64,000 bases of DNA from an uncultured delta proteobacterium (GCA_963803435.1 CAWDML010000009.1:160001-224000); one strand, 5' to 3'. Positions 31,203 to 42,234 are shown, numbered from the stretch's first letter. Notes: generated from the sequence alone by a model not told the origin. Made by a program: numbers and translations.

Positions 31203-33059
31203 TTACGTTGTGATTCCAGCGAGTTGAACGCCCGCGGGCATCTCCGTCGACCCTTCGGCGAACTGCAGCTCGTAGAGCTTGCGGTACACGCCTCCGCGCA
31301 TCAGAAGCGCCTCGTGCGAGCCCTCCTCGACGACGCGGCCCCCGGCCAGGACCACGATCCGGTCCGCGCTCCGCACGGTCGAGAGCCGGTGGGCCACGAT
31401 CAGCGCCGTCCGATCCGTGATGAGGGCCTCGAGGCCGCGCTGGATCAGGGCCTCGGTCTCGGGATCGACGGAGCTGGTCGCCTCATCGAGGACCAGGATC
31501 TCCGGGTCGAGGGCCAGCGCCCGGGCGAACGCGACCAGCTGGCGCTCGCCTGCCGACAGCCGTGACCCGCGCTCGCCCACCCGCGCATTCCAGCCCTCCT
31601 CCTGCCTCCGGATCACCTCGATGGCGCGCGTCCGCTCGGCGGCGTCCTCCAGCAAGCTGCGGGGCGTCTCGCTCCGGCCGAACGCGATGTTGGCCTCGAT
31701 CGAGCCGTCGAAGAGATACGAGTCCTGCAGCACCACCGCCAGCTTCTTCCGGAGCTCGGGGAGCGCGAGCTCGCGCAGGTCGAGGCCGTCGATCGTGACG
31801 CGGCCGCAGCGCGGATCGTAGAAGCGCGCGATCATCTTCACGATGGTGGACTTGCCGGAGCCGGTGGGGCCCACGATCGCCACGCGCTCGCCGCGGCGGA
31901 TGCTGAGGTTGAGGCCGTGCAGGATGTCGGGCCCGCTGGGGCCGTAGCGGAAGCGCACGTCCTCGAAGCGGATCGCGTCGGAGAAGGGGCCGATCGCGCG
32001 GGGCTCGGTGGGCTCGAGGACCGTCGGCTGCTGATCGAGCAGGTCGACGCAGCGCTCCGCCGACGCCATCGCGGACTGCAGCACCGTGTACTTGGTCGAC
32101 AGCTCGGTGATCGGCTGGAAGAAGCGGCGGAGATAGTCGATGAAGGCCACGAAGAGCCCGATCTCCACGGTGCCGCGCTGGAAGAGCTTCCACCCCAGGA
32201 GCAGCACCAGCGCGGTGGAGATCGTCGCGATGCCCTCGACCACCGCATACGTGATCGCGTCGTAACGGATCGCGTCGAAGTTGGCGTCGCGGTACTCCGC
32301 GTTCACCTCCTCGAACTCGGCCTGCATGTTCTCTTCCTGTCCGAAGACCTGGATCAGGCTCATGCCGCTGATCGCCTCGTTGAGGAAGCTGTTGATGCGG
32401 GCCAGCAGGCTGCGCACCTTGCGGAACGCCTCGCGCGCGTAACGCCTCATCAACGTGATCATACCCAGCAGGATCGGCAGGCAGAGGAACGCGTAGAGCG
32501 TGAGCTGGATGTCGAGCGCCAGCATCATCACCACGATCCCGACCAGCGTGACGATGTCCCCGAGGATGCTGATCGCGCCGGTGGAGAAGGTCTCGGAGAG
32601 GGACTCCACGTCGTTGGTCACGCGCGTCATGAGCCGGCCCACCGGATTCTTCTCGATGTACGCGAGGTCGACCTCCTGGAGCTTCTGGAAGAGCGCCGCC
32701 CGCAGATCGCGTGTGACGCGCTGGCCGAGGATCTGGGAGAGCATCGTCTGGCCGAACTGGGCCGCGAACTGGAGTATCAGCGCGCCCACCAGGAGGCCCA
32801 CCACGATCCCGAAGCCGTCGAGCTGCTTGGGGACCAGGTGCTCGTCGATCGCGACCTTCACCAGGTACGGCTGGACCAGGTTGAGCCCGGCCACCGTCGG
32901 ATACGAGATCAACGTCAGCACGAACAGGCCGAAGTGCGGCTTGAAGAAGACGGCGAGCCGGCGGACCAGCTGCGCGTCGTAGGCCTTGCCGAAGGTGACG
33001 TCCTCGGTGACGCCGCGGACCTTCTTGCGCCTCAGCTTGACGTTCGCGGCCTCGGTCAC
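31203..33059 (-). CDS. ABC exporter (fused TMD-NBD), MdlB/YheH-like
   Basis: PVGRLMTRVTNDVE, GPTGSGKST, LSAGERQL, LDEATS. Its GTG start overlaps the upstream stop. Confidence 0.9.
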   Translation of the reverse strand: MTEAANVKLRRKKVRGVTEDVTFGKAYDAQLVRRLAVFFKPHFGLFVLTLISYPTVAGLNLVQPYLVKVAIDEHLVPKQLDGFGIVVGLLVGALILQFAAQFGQTMLSQILGQRVTRDLRAALFQKLQEVDLAYIEKNPVGRLMTRVTNDVESLSETFSTGAISILGDIVTLVGIVVMMLALDIQLTLYAFLCLPILLGMITLMRRYAREAFRKVRSLLARINSFLNEAISGMSLIQVFGQEENMQAEFEEVNAEYRDANFDAIRYDAITYAVVEGIATISTALVLLLGWKLFQRGTVEIGLFVAFIDYLRRFFQPITELSTKYTVLQSAMASAERCVDLLDQQPTVLEPTEPRAIGPFSDAIRFEDVRFRYGPSGPDILHGLNLSIRRGERVAIVGPTGSGKSTIVKMIARFYDPRCGRVTIDGLDLRELALPELRKKLAVVLQDSYLFDGSIEANIAFGRSETPRSLLEDAAERTRAIEVIRRQEEGWNARVGERGSRLSAGERQLVAFARALALDPEILVLDEATSSVDPETEALIQRGLEALITDRTALIVAHRLSTVRSADRIVVLAGGRVVEEGSHEALLMRGGVYRKLYELQFAEGSTEMPAGVQLAGITT

Positions 33060-34823
33060 GCGGCGTCCTCCGCCGGCGACACTGGCCGGCTCTCCAGCTC
33101 CAGCGCTTCGCGGAGCCGTTGCCGCTCGTGCATGCGGGCGAAGACCCCGCGCTTCTGGAGAAGCTCGCGTTCGCTCCCCTGCTCGATCACGCGGCCGCCC
33201 TCGAGGACGAGGATCCGATCGGCGTGGGCGGCGAAGGCCAGGCGGTGCGTCGCCACGATGATGGTGCGCCCGGCCTCCTTCTCGGTGAGCGCGCCGAGGA
33301 TCTTGTTCTCGGTCTCCGTGTCGACGGCGCTCAACGTGTCGTCGAGGAGCAGGATCGGAGCGTTCACCAGGATCGCGCGGGCCAGCGTGGTGCGCTGGCG
33401 CTGTCCGCCCGATAGGGTGATGCCGCGCTCGCCCACGACCGTCTCGAGGCCCGCGGGGAAGGCGGAGAGATCCGTGTCGAGGCTCGCGATCCGAACCGAG
33501 GTCTCGACCTCGTCGTCGCCGGCCTCGGGGCGGCCGAACGCGACGTTCTCGAAGAATCGTGCGCGAGAAGAGGAAGGCGTCCTGCGGCGCATAGCCGAGG
33601 AGGCCCCGGACGAAGCCGAGGGGCAGGTCGACGACGTCGACGCCGTCGAGCGCGATCGAGCCGCGCGGGACCACCAGCAACCGGGCGAGCGCCTTGAGCA
33701 GTGTGGACTTTCCGGAGCCGGTCTTCCCCACGATCACCACGGTCTCGCCGGCCTCGATCTCGGTGGAGACGTTCGACAGCGCCGGCGGCGCGCCCTCGGC
33801 GTAGGAGAACGTCAGATCGGTGACCTCGATCCTGCCCGTAAACTTCTGGGGTTGGACCGGGCCGTCGGTGAGATCGGGCTCCGAGAGGAAGATGTCGTTG
33901 ATTCGGTCCATCGAGGCGAGACCGCGCTGCCAGAGCGAGATCATCCAGCCGAGCGCGATCGTCGGCCAGGTCAGCGCCGCCAGGTACGCGTTGAACTGCA
34001 CGAAGTCGCCGACCGACATGCGCCCGCTCGCGATCCGGTGGCCGCCGATCCAGAGCAGCACGACGCCGCCGATCCCGCCCGCCATCCCCATCAGCGGGAA
34101 CATGAGCCCGCGCAGCCGGGCCAGCGCGATGTTGACGGTGAGGTACACCTCGTTCAGCCCGAGGAAGGTCTTGTTCTCGTCCGCCTCGCGCTGATAGGCG
34201 CGGACCGTCATCACGCCGGACAGGTTCTCCTGCACCTTCTCGGAGAGGACGCCCAGCTTCTCCTGCTGGTCCCGCGAGAGCACGTACATGCGCTTGGCGA
34301 ACATCCGGCCCAGCATCAGGAGCGCCGGCATCGGCATCAGCGCGTAGAGCGTGAGCTCGAAGTCGGACGCGAAGAGGATCGGGATGACCACGATGTAGAC
34401 CAGCCCGGTGTTCGTGAGGTTGAGGATGCCGGGGCCCAGGAGGAGGCGGACCTGGGTGAGGTCGTTGACCAGGCGGCTCATGACCTGGCCCAGGGGCATG
34501 CGCTGGTAGAAGGCCGGCGACATCCGCATCAGGTGGGCGAAGGAGTCGTTGCGGATGTCGTACTCGACCTTACGGCCCGAGTTGAAGATCAACAGGCGCG
34601 ACAAGATCCGCATGAGCGACGCGACCACAGCCACGCCGATCAGCTTCCAGGCCGCCCCCATCACGCGGTCCCCGTTCTCGGCCACCAGTGCGTCCGTCCC
34701 GATACGCAGGAGCTGAGGGACCGTCAGGCTGAACGCCTGCGTCAGCGCCAGCGTGAGCAGACCCAGCGCGAAGGAGACCCGGTACCGCGCGAAGTACTCG
34801 CGGATTCGACGTTTGTGAGCGAT
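33056..34823 (-). CDS. ABC exporter (fused TMD-NBD), MdlA/YheI-like; frameshift at 33554-33558; start uncertain
   Basis: SGRKVEYDIRND, GKTGSGKST, LSGGQRQR, LLDDTLSAVD. The frame is open upstream of 34685 (IREYFARYRVSFALG), but there is no ATG/GTG before the in-frame stop at 34845. Confidence 0.85.
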
Positions 34824-34879
34824 GTCGAGGAGGCTACCCGGTCTTCAGGGCAGTACGAAACGGGGATTACTTTGATCGG

Positions 34880-36865
34880 TCACAATCCGCAGGCGGCCGG
34901 ATAGTTCGTGGCCCCGGTGTTCGGGTCGACCACCCGAAGGAAGGGCGGCAGGCAGTTGAACGCCATGACGCAGTAGAACTCGCCGTCGGCGCTGCCGGGC
35001 GGTCCTTGGAGCGCCTGCGTGCCTCGCTCGATGCAGCGGGGCGCATCGACGTCGCCGGCCAGCCCGGTCGTGGGGCAGACCGCCGTCGCCGCGCCGTTCT
35101 CTCCGCAGCGGCACGCGCCCGGGATGTTCATCCCAGGGTTGGCGCCGATGCAGGAGAGGCCGTTGCAGTCGGCGTCCTGGAAGCACGGGATCAACAGCGG
35201 CGAGCAGGTCCACAGCCGCGGGCAGGTGTGCACGCCGGCGAGGAAGAGATCCGGGTTGCACGTGACCGTGCAGATCGCGGCGGGACCCATCGGATCGATG
35301 CCCTGGCAGAACTCCTGCTCGTTGACGAGCCCGCCGGGCCCGCTGCCGTCCACGTCGTTGTAGCCGGAGGTCCAGCCGGAGCGCGGCATGTTGCAGGTGT
35401 CGTTGTCCATGCACACGCGGCACCACGGATTGGTCCCCATGTCGAAGCACTCGCCCGCCAGCGCCTGGGTGGCCACGGTCGCCGTCCTGGGCAGGCAGGT
35501 CGCCGGATCCTCGTAGGGCTCGGGCGTGGCGGGATCCTTGTCCTCGCCGCAGCAGAACTGGTTGAACCCGCAGTCGAGCGCGTTGTCCTGACACCCCGGA
35601 TCGCAGCAGGTACCGATCTCACCCTCGCCGTCGGGCTTGGTCTCGAGCGCCCGGCACTCCTGCTCGGAGTACTGGCGTCCGATCTCTCCGCGCTTGCACG
35701 CCTCGCCCGCGCGGCAGTCGTTGCCCTCGTAGCACCCGGGCACGCAGGCCGGCGGGAGCTGGGTCTTGTCGCAGACGATCCCGGCCACCGCGCAATCCGT
35801 CTTGCGCTCGCAGCCGAGCGGGGCGCACGCGTTGTCGTCGCGGTAGCCCTGGGCGCCGCCCTTGTAGTAGCGCGGCGGCGGCCGGACCGGCGGCGGCGGC
35901 AGGTTGCAGTAGGTGTTCGGACCGTAGCGCGGGTTGTCGGTGCAGTCGCTGTCCGCGGTGCACGGCGCGTCACAGAACCCGTCGGAGTGACAGACCTGAT
36001 TGGCGGGGCAGCTGCCCTTTGTGCAGCCGGCGATGCAGATGCCGTTGCGCTGGTTGCAGATCGGGAGTCCCGGATCGGTGCAGTCGTCGTTCGAGTCGCA
36101 GAAGCCGATGCAGATGCCGAGGGCGCCCGGCTGATCGTTGGTGGCGCAGGCGGGGGCCGGCGACTGGCCGGGGATGCCGCACTCGACCCCGGGGCAGATC
36201 TGCGCAGGAGGCATGCGGCCGCAGCCGGCGCCGTCGTCCGGATCGCGCGGGCAGATCACCGGGTCCTCGGCGCAGCCCTGCGGCCGGAAGCAGGCGCCCT
36301 CCTGGTTACAGGAGAAGCCTGCGGGGCAGCCCTGGCTGCAGGGCCGGCCGCAGAACTTCTCGCCGCCGGCGTATTCGACGCAGGTGTTCATGCCGCCCGT
36401 GATCGGGTGGGAGCGCCCGCAGTCGCTGTCGGTCTCGCACGGCTCGCAGGGCGCGCGCGACCGGGTGCAGACGTTCCCGTGGTTGGGATCGCACCACGCG
36501 GTGAGGTGGTAGCCGTGGCCGCACTCCTGCGGGTTCACCAGATCGGAGCAGACATTGCAGTCGTTGTCGGTGGTGCAGGCGTGGCCGGGCACGCACTGCG
36601 GCGGATCCATCGAGAGGTTGCAGACCTCGCCCGGGTCGCAGCCCCGGTTGTCGGGACCGCCTTGGTCGTGCTGGCAGGGGCCAGGACCGGTGTCGACGAC
36701 CATCGCGTCTTCGGGGCCCTCACCGGTGTCGGGCACTTCGCCCGTGTCCGGAGTGCCGGTGTCGGTCACCCCGCTGTCGGCTTTGCCGTCTTTGTCGTTC
36801 TTGCATCCGGGCGCGGCAGCAAAGACGAAGGTGAGCGCGAGCGGGAGCAACTTGAGTTGAGACAT
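34880..36865 (-). CDS. very Cys-rich lipoprotein with CxxxxDC repeats
   Basis: AAPGC lipobox, DTG linker, many CTTDNDC/CETDSDC/CDSNDDC-type repeats. Confidence 0.85.
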   Translation of the reverse strand: MSQLKLLPLALTFVFAAAPGCKNDKDGKADSGVTDTGTPDTGEVPDTGEGPEDAMVVDTGPGPCQHDQGGPDNRGCDPGEVCNLSMDPPQCVPGHACTTDNDCNVCSDLVNPQECGHGYHLTAWCDPNHGNVCTRSRAPCEPCETDSDCGRSHPITGGMNTCVEYAGGEKFCGRPCSQGCPAGFSCNQEGACFRPQGCAEDPVICPRDPDDGAGCGRMPPAQICPGVECGIPGQSPAPACATNDQPGALGICIGFCDSNDDCTDPGLPICNQRNGICIAGCTKGSCPANQVCHSDGFCDAPCTADSDCTDNPRYGPNTYCNLPPPPVRPPPRYYKGGAQGYRDDNACAPLGCERKTDCAVAGIVCDKTQLPPACVPGCYEGNDCRAGEACKRGEIGRQYSEQECRALETKPDGEGEIGTCCDPGCQDNALDCGFNQFCCGEDKDPATPEPYEDPATCLPRTATVATQALAGECFDMGTNPWCRVCMDNDTCNMPRSGWTSGYNDVDGSGPGGLVNEQEFCQGIDPMGPAAICTVTCNPDLFLAGVHTCPRLWTCSPLLIPCFQDADCNGLSCIGANPGMNIPGACRCGENGAATAVCPTTGLAGDVDAPRCIERGTQALQGPPGSADGEFYCVMAFNCLPPFLRVVDPNTGATNYPAACGL

Positions 36866-36968
36866 CGAGGAGAACCTTCCGGTTGTAGCTACTGAGTGGA
36901 TCGCGCACTCGGCTCATCGCGCGTTGGGCGTTGACTCTACCGACCCGAGATCTTCTGTATCAACCAGA

Positions 36969-37637
36969 ATGCGCGTGTCCGTGAGGCTGTTCGCCGTCTG
37001 CCGGGAGCGGGTGCAACGCGACACCATCGAGGTGGAGATCAGCGGGGATTCCGCCGATTTGCCCCGCCTTCGCGCTGCCATCGGACGCGACTTTCCGATG
37101 CTCGCGCCGCTGCTCCCGATCGTCCGGGTCGCGGTCAACCATGCGTTCGCGGAGGAGGGCGATCCGATCCGCGCCGGGGATGAGGTCGCGCTGATCCCAC
37201 CGGTGGCCGGCGGCTCGGGTCTTGGACCGTTCGAGATCCGATCTGCGCCGATCCGTCTCGAGGCCGTGGAAAACGCGGTGCGTCACGGCGGCGCGGGTGC
37301 GGTGGTCGGGTTTCTCGGCACGGTCCGCGAGCGCACCGGCGATCACGAGGTGGTCGCGCTCGAGTACGAGGCGTACCTCGAGATGGCCGAGCTCGAGCTG
37401 CGAAAGATCGGAGCCGAGATCGCGGAGCGCTGGCCGGGCGCGCGCACCGCGATTCTCCATCGCGTCGGCCGGCTCGAGATCGGCGAAGCCTCGGTCGCCA
37501 TCGCGGTCTCGGCGCCGCACCGCGCGGACGCCTTCGAAGGCTGCCGACACGCGATCGAGCGGCTCAAGGCGGAGGTACCGATCTGGAAGAAGGAGATCAG
37601 AAAGGACGGCAGCGTTTGGGTGGGCGTGGGGAGCTGA
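36969..37637 (+). CDS. moaE: MoaD-MoaE fusion (molybdopterin synthase)
   Basis: VRLFA...GDEVALIPPVAGG (MoaD) fused to GAVVGFLGTVR, LEYEAY, HRVGRL, PIWKKE (MoaE). Confidence 0.92.
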   Translation: MRVSVRLFAVCRERVQRDTIEVEISGDSADLPRLRAAIGRDFPMLAPLLPIVRVAVNHAFAEEGDPIRAGDEVALIPPVAGGSGLGPFEIRSAPIRLEAVENAVRHGGAGAVVGFLGTVRERTGDHEVVALEYEAYLEMAELELRKIGAEIAERWPGARTAILHRVGRLEIGEASVAIAVSAPHRADAFEGCRHAIERLKAEVPIWKKEIRKDGSVWVGVGS

Positions 37638-38888
37638 GGCGCATCGCCGTCGAGACCGTCGACGAGGCGGGTGTCGCGCGCGGTCCCGTGCGCGTCGCCG
37701 GCGTCCTCCCGACCGAGGAGGTGGAGGTCCGCGTCGAGCACGTGGGGAAGCGCGGGGTCGCCTACGCGCGGCTCGCCCGCGTGCTCCGCGCCGCACCCGA
37801 GCGGGTCGAGACGCGCTGCCCGCACTTCCTCGACTGCGGTGGCTGCGATTTGCTCCACGCCCCGCTCTCGCTTCAACACGCGCTGGCGCGGGGGCGGATC
37901 GCGCGCGCGCTCGGCCTGGAGCTCGAGCGCGTGGAGCCGGTCATCGAGAGCCCGCGCGCGCTCGGGTATCGGGCCCTCGCCAAGCTGGTCGTGGGGCCAG
38001 AACGCATCCTCGGATCGTACCGGCCACGATCGCACGAGGTCGTCTCGATGGACGGCTGCCTCGTTCACGCGCCCGAGGCCGAGGTCGTCGTGGAGTCGCT
38101 GCGCGCTCTGATCCGCGAGCACGAAGGACCGCTCGAATCTTCGCTACCTCCTGGTACGTGCTTCGCTCGCCGAAGCCGTGAGCGTGGTGACCTTGGTGTC
38201 GCGCACGCAGGAGGCGGAGGGCGTCCGCGCGCTCGCCGAGCGGCTGTCGGAGCGGGCCGACGTTTCGCGCATCGTCCTCCACGTCAACGACTCCGAGGGC
38301 GACGCTCTGCTCCTCGCCGGCGCGCCCGAGGAGACGCTCCTCGATCGAGGCGCGGCCCGGGAGCGGATCGGACCGGTCTGGCAGAGCTTGCACTCGGGCG
38401 CCTTCGTGCAGGTGAATCCGCTGGCCGCCGCTCGGCTCTACGCGCTGGTGGTCGAGCTGGTCGAGCCCGAAGGCAAGCGCATCGCGGACCTCTACTCGGG
38501 ATTCCGGCGGGCTCGCGCTCACGCTGGCGGCGGCCGGGGCGCGCGAGGTCATCGGTGTGGAGGCGAGCGCGGCGGCGGTGGCGGCGGCGAGGGCGTCGGC
38601 GCCGCCGCAGGCCCGCTTCGAGGCCGGCGCGGTGGAGGCGTTCGAGCTACCCGAGGGGCTCGACGCGATCGTGCTGAACCCGCCGCGCAAGGGCGCGTCG
38701 GCCGAGGTCGTCGATCGGATCGCCGCGTCCGGCGTTCCGCGCGTCGTCTACGTCAGCTGCAACCCTGACTCGCTCGCGCGCGATCTGAGCCGGCTGGGCG
38801 GGCGCATCGACCGCGTCGTCCCGGTCGATCTCTTCCCCAGACCCGTCACATCGAGACAGCGGTGCGCGTCGAGCTGTCGCGGAAGTGA
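37616..38888 (+). CDS. RlmD/TrmA-family RNA (uracil-5)-methyltransferase, three frameshifts
   Basis: CPHFLDCGGC, AFVQVN, DLYSG(S)G, LNPPRKG, YVSCNP, DLFP(QT)RHIE. Shifts at about 38135, 38500 and 38835. Start uncertain. Confidence 0.85.
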
Positions 38889-38930
38889 AACCTCTCCGCC
38901 GGCCGTTTCTCCGGTGGAGAAGGAGGCGAG

Positions 38931-39250
38931 ATGCAGGTACCGCTTGAATCACCTTCCACCAGGTGGAGCCGTCGGAAGCGATCGAGGCGTACGTCCAGGG
39001 CCGCGCCGACAAGCTCGAACGCCATCACTCGCGGATCATTCGGTGTCGCATCGCGATCGAGGAGCCCCACCGCCGCCATCGAAACGGCAATCGCTTCGTC
39101 GTGCACCTCGAGGTCTCGGTGCCGGGACGAGTCCTCACCGTGGTGAACGAGCCCGGCGACGCAATCATGCACGAGGACGTCTTCCAGGCGCTCCGCGACG
39201 CGTTCGTCGCGATGGAGCGCCAGCTGGAGGACCTCGGACGCTCGACCTGA
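38931..39250 (+). CDS. HPF/RaiA ribosome-associated protein, frameshift near 38947
   Basis: MQVPLE(I)TFHQVEPSEAIE...CRIAIEEPH...ALRDAF; AGGAGG RBS. Adding one A restores the frame. Confidence 0.85.
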
Positions 39251-39316
39251 CCGGCGCTCAGAACCGGTCCTAAACCGTTCCGTTCGCTGTTCTGGCATTC
39301 GCTGCTCGTCTTGATG

Positions 39317-39358
39317 GTTCCGGAAATTCTGCTGCCTCCCGTTCCGGAAATTCTGCTG
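39317..39358. repeat. 18-bp direct repeat GTTCCGGAAATTCTGCTG x2 with a 6-bp spacer
   Basis: Copies at 39317-39334 and 39341-39358, in a convergent intergenic region. Confidence 0.85.
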
Positions 39359-39408
39359 AGCTCAGAGCGATCCTGACCAGCTCGGTCAAGACGGCGAAAG
39401 CACGGCGC

Positions 39409-41490
39409 TCAGTCGAGGAGGGCCCGGTACAGCACCATCCCGAGCCCGTGCTCGTCGAAGGGCTTCTGGATCATCATCGCATCGGGCTCGATGCGGCCCC
39501 GCTCGAGCAGCTCCTCTCGCGGATGCGCGGACATGTAGACGACCTTGATGCCGGGGCGGACCGCTCGGAGCTCGTCCGCCAGTTCACGCCCGAGCTGGCG
39601 CGGCATCATCACGTCCGTCAGGAGGAGATCGATTAGGGTGGCCGGGTGCATCGCGAGCTCGATCGCCTGCTGGGGGCTGGTCGCCATCAGGGCCGTGTAG
39701 CCGGCGCGGCTGAGGTAGTACGCGACCGCCTCGCGGACGAACGGATCGTCCTCGACCACCAGGACGCTTCCGCTGCCCTGAAGGGTGAGCTCCTCCCGCG
39801 CCAGCTCCGCGGTCTCAGGGACGGTGGGCAGGTGGATCGTGAACGTGGATCCCGCGCCGACCTGCGTCTCCACCTCGATCCGACCGCCGAGCCGCCGAAC
39901 CAGCCCGAAGGTGGTCGAGAGGCCGAGACCGGTGCCTTTGCCGACGCCTTTGGTCGTAAAGAACGGCTCGAAGATCCGACGTCGCGTCTCCTCGCTCATC
40001 CCGGTTCCGCCGTCTCGGACCGACAGCGTCACCCAGCGGCCTCGATGAAGCTCGTCTTCGGCGTCGGTCGCGATCTCGGCGGTCACAATCTGGAGGAGGC
40101 CTCCGTTGGGCATCGAGTCGCGGGCGTTGGTCGCCAGGTTCATCATCACCTGCTCAATCTCCCCGGCCTTCGCGCGGATGCGAGCGCCCGGCGCCGTCGT
40201 CTTCGTCTCGACACGGACCGCGTCGCCGACCAGGGTCTCGATCAAGGGCCCGCACGACCTCACGACGGCGTCGAGCTCGAGGGGTTCGGCGTGAATCGGG
40301 CGCTTCCGGCTGAAGTCGAGCAGCTGCCGGGTGAGCCCCTCGCCGCGCCGCGCGACCTCGACGACCCGCTTGATCTCCCGATGTCCCGGCTGCGACGGGT
40401 CCATCCGCGTCAGCGCCACCGTCGCGAATCCGATCACGCCCATCAGCAGGTTGTTGAAGTCGTGCGCGATCCCGCTCGCGAGCGCCCCCACCGCCTCCAT
40501 CTTCTGGGCATGCCGGAGCTCCTCCTCCAGCCCGCGCTCCTCGGTGACGTCGGAGAGGACGCCCGCCACGCGGTCTTGATCGACCCCGAAGGCACGGATC
40601 CGCACGATGCGCACGTCGTTCGCGCGGATGACGCGCAGCTCGTGGTCGAAGGGGTCGCCCCGCAGGAGGCCGGCGGCCGCGCGGCGCACGCGCATGCGGT
40701 CGTCCGGGTGAACCCAATCGAGCAGGGATACCTGCCGCTCCAGGATCGCGCTCGGTTCGACGTCGAGCACATGCGTGATCGCCGGGCTCAAGTAGATCAC
40801 GCGCCGCTGCGAGGGCTGGTAGACGAAGAAGACCTCGTCGATGTGGTCGGTGAGCTCCTGGAAGCGGGCGGTGGCCTCCCGGAGCTCCTTCTCGATCCGC
40901 CGCTTGTCGGTGAGATCGATCATCGTCATGAGACAGGTGTCGCGCTCCGGCGGGACGGTCGAGGCGAGGAGCACGGGAATCGATGTCCCATCGGCCTTCG
41001 AGATCCGGAGGTGGAGACGTTCGGGCGTGCGGTCCTGGAAGACCCGCCGGAGGTGGAGCTGAAAGGCGTCCGCGTCCGGCTCGCTCATCAGCCGGGTGAT
41101 CGCGCGCTGGCTGAGGCGCTCGCGCGACGCGCCCAGCAGATCCTCGGCGGTGCGATTCACCTCGACGATCCGACCAGTCCGATCGAGCGTCACGTAGCCT
41201 ACCGGAGAAAGGTCGAAGAGGTCGAAGTAGCGCGCTGTGGTCTCCTCGAGCTCGACCTGCACGCGGCGGAGCTCCTCGTTCTGGATCTCGAGCTCGAGCT
41301 GGTGAACTTGCAGCTCGTCGATCAGGACGTCCTGCGAACGCTGCTCGAAGAGCTCGACGCGCGGGCGTGTCCCGATCGATTGCTCCGCCTTCCTTCGCAA
41401 CTCCAAGTTGTCCACGGATTCCCCTCGAGCGACGAGTGACGATCTATGGAACGGGCTTAGCCCCGCATCAAGCCCAACCGACCGAGGCAT
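39409..41490 (-). CDS. hybrid PAS-PAS histidine kinase / receiver
   Basis: [16 protein letters not shown] coiled coil, two PAS domains, [37 protein letters not shown]. The real start may be downstream. Confidence 0.92.
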   Translation of the reverse strand: MPRSVGLDAGLSPFHRSSLVARGESVDNLELRRKAEQSIGTRPRVELFEQRSQDVLIDELQVHQLELEIQNEELRRVQVELEETTARYFDLFDLSPVGYVTLDRTGRIVEVNRTAEDLLGASRERLSQRAITRLMSEPDADAFQLHLRRVFQDRTPERLHLRISKADGTSIPVLLASTVPPERDTCLMTMIDLTDKRRIEKELREATARFQELTDHIDEVFFVYQPSQRRVIYLSPAITHVLDVEPSAILERQVSLLDWVHPDDRMRVRRAAAGLLRGDPFDHELRVIRANDVRIVRIRAFGVDQDRVAGVLSDVTEERGLEEELRHAQKMEAVGALASGIAHDFNNLLMGVIGFATVALTRMDPSQPGHREIKRVVEVARRGEGLTRQLLDFSRKRPIHAEPLELDAVVRSCGPLIETLVGDAVRVETKTTAPGARIRAKAGEIEQVMMNLATNARDSMPNGGLLQIVTAEIATDAEDELHRGRWVTLSVRDGGTGMSEETRRRIFEPFFTTKGVGKGTGLGLSTTFGLVRRLGGRIEVETQVGAGSTFTIHLPTVPETAELAREELTLQGSGSVLVVEDDPFVREAVAYYLSRAGYTALMATSPQQAIELAMHPATLIDLLLTDVMMPRQLGRELADELRAVRPGIKVVYMSAHPREELLERGRIEPDAMMIQKPFDEHGLGMVLYRALLD

Positions 41491-41541
41491 CGCGCCACGC
41501 TCGGCCCCGGTGTGCTCAATCCTGGTGGGCGCCAGCGATGC

Positions 41542-41673
41542 GCGACGTACTCCTTGAAGGGTGGCCGTGGGGTCCGGGTCACACCGCGGCCGCGTCCAGT
41601 CAAGAATGCAAGCAGACTTGCGAAGAGCGCAACCGCCGCGTCGCCCGAGGACCCCGGCCGCCGGAGAGGTCGC
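41542..41673. other. candidate structured RNA (long interrupted hairpin)
   Basis: Nested complementarity: GCGAC/GTCGC, CTCC/GGAG, GGTGGCC/GGCCGCC, GGGGTCC/GGACCCC, CGCGGC/GCCGCG, AGTC/GACT. Confidence 0.35.
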
Positions 41674-41741
41674 AGCGGGCGAATCGAGGCGTTCTCGCGA
41701 CCGAGTTGAACTCGAAGGCGGCCCATCGTACGAAGGCTCGC

Positions 41742-42230
41742 GTGACCTTTCCCTCGTTCGACTGGGTGGATACAGAGGACCGTTTTCGCCTGGCGATCAT
41801 GCCGCGTCCCGACCCGGACCGGCTCGAGGCACACCTGAGCGAACTCAAGGAGAGAGGCGCCGACGTGCTCGTCTCGATGCTGCAGCCGGAGGAGGCCCTC
41901 GCGCTGGGGCTCGGCGACGAGGAGGACCTTTGCCGCAGGATCGGGATCACCTTCTACAACCATCCGGTGCCCGACCATCGAACCCCCGAGGACCGCTCGG
42001 CGATGGAGGCGCTCGCGCGCGTGCTGGTGTCCGAGCTGGAGGCCGGGCACGGCGTCGTGATCCACTGCTTCGCCGGGATCGGACGCTCGGCGACGATGGC
42101 CGCGCTGGTGCTGATCCTCTGCGGTTATCCGCTCGACGACGCGTGCCGGCGGTTGAGCGCCGCTCGGCGGCTGCGCGTCCCGGAGACGCGGGCGCAGCTC
42201 GAATGGCTGAGCGAGACCGCGCGCAACTGA
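41742..42230 (+). CDS. dual-specificity / protein-tyrosine phosphatase
   Basis: PVPDH acid loop, HCFAGIGRS (CX5R), PETRAQ. Confidence 0.88.
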   Translation: MTFPSFDWVDTEDRFRLAIMPRPDPDRLEAHLSELKERGADVLVSMLQPEEALALGLGDEEDLCRRIGITFYNHPVPDHRTPEDRSAMEALARVLVSELEAGHGVVIHCFAGIGRSATMAALVLILCGYPLDDACRRLSAARRLRVPETRAQLEWLSETARN

Positions 42231-42234
42231 GGAC

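Noticed and set aside
31203-34685. Single 1160-aa ABC transporter
   Set aside because: An artefact of the 33554 frameshift; these are two half-transporters overlapping at 33056-33059.
31917-34904. Long antisense or alternative-frame ORFs (also 22942-25647, 47343-50117, 52305-54434, 20275-22503)
   Set aside because: These are shadow ORFs typical of high-GC DNA; they overlap well-supported genes and have no recognisable motifs.
41542-41673. SRP RNA, 6S RNA or tRNA identity for the hairpin
   Set aside because: No diagnostic motifs were recognisable by eye; left as an unassigned candidate.
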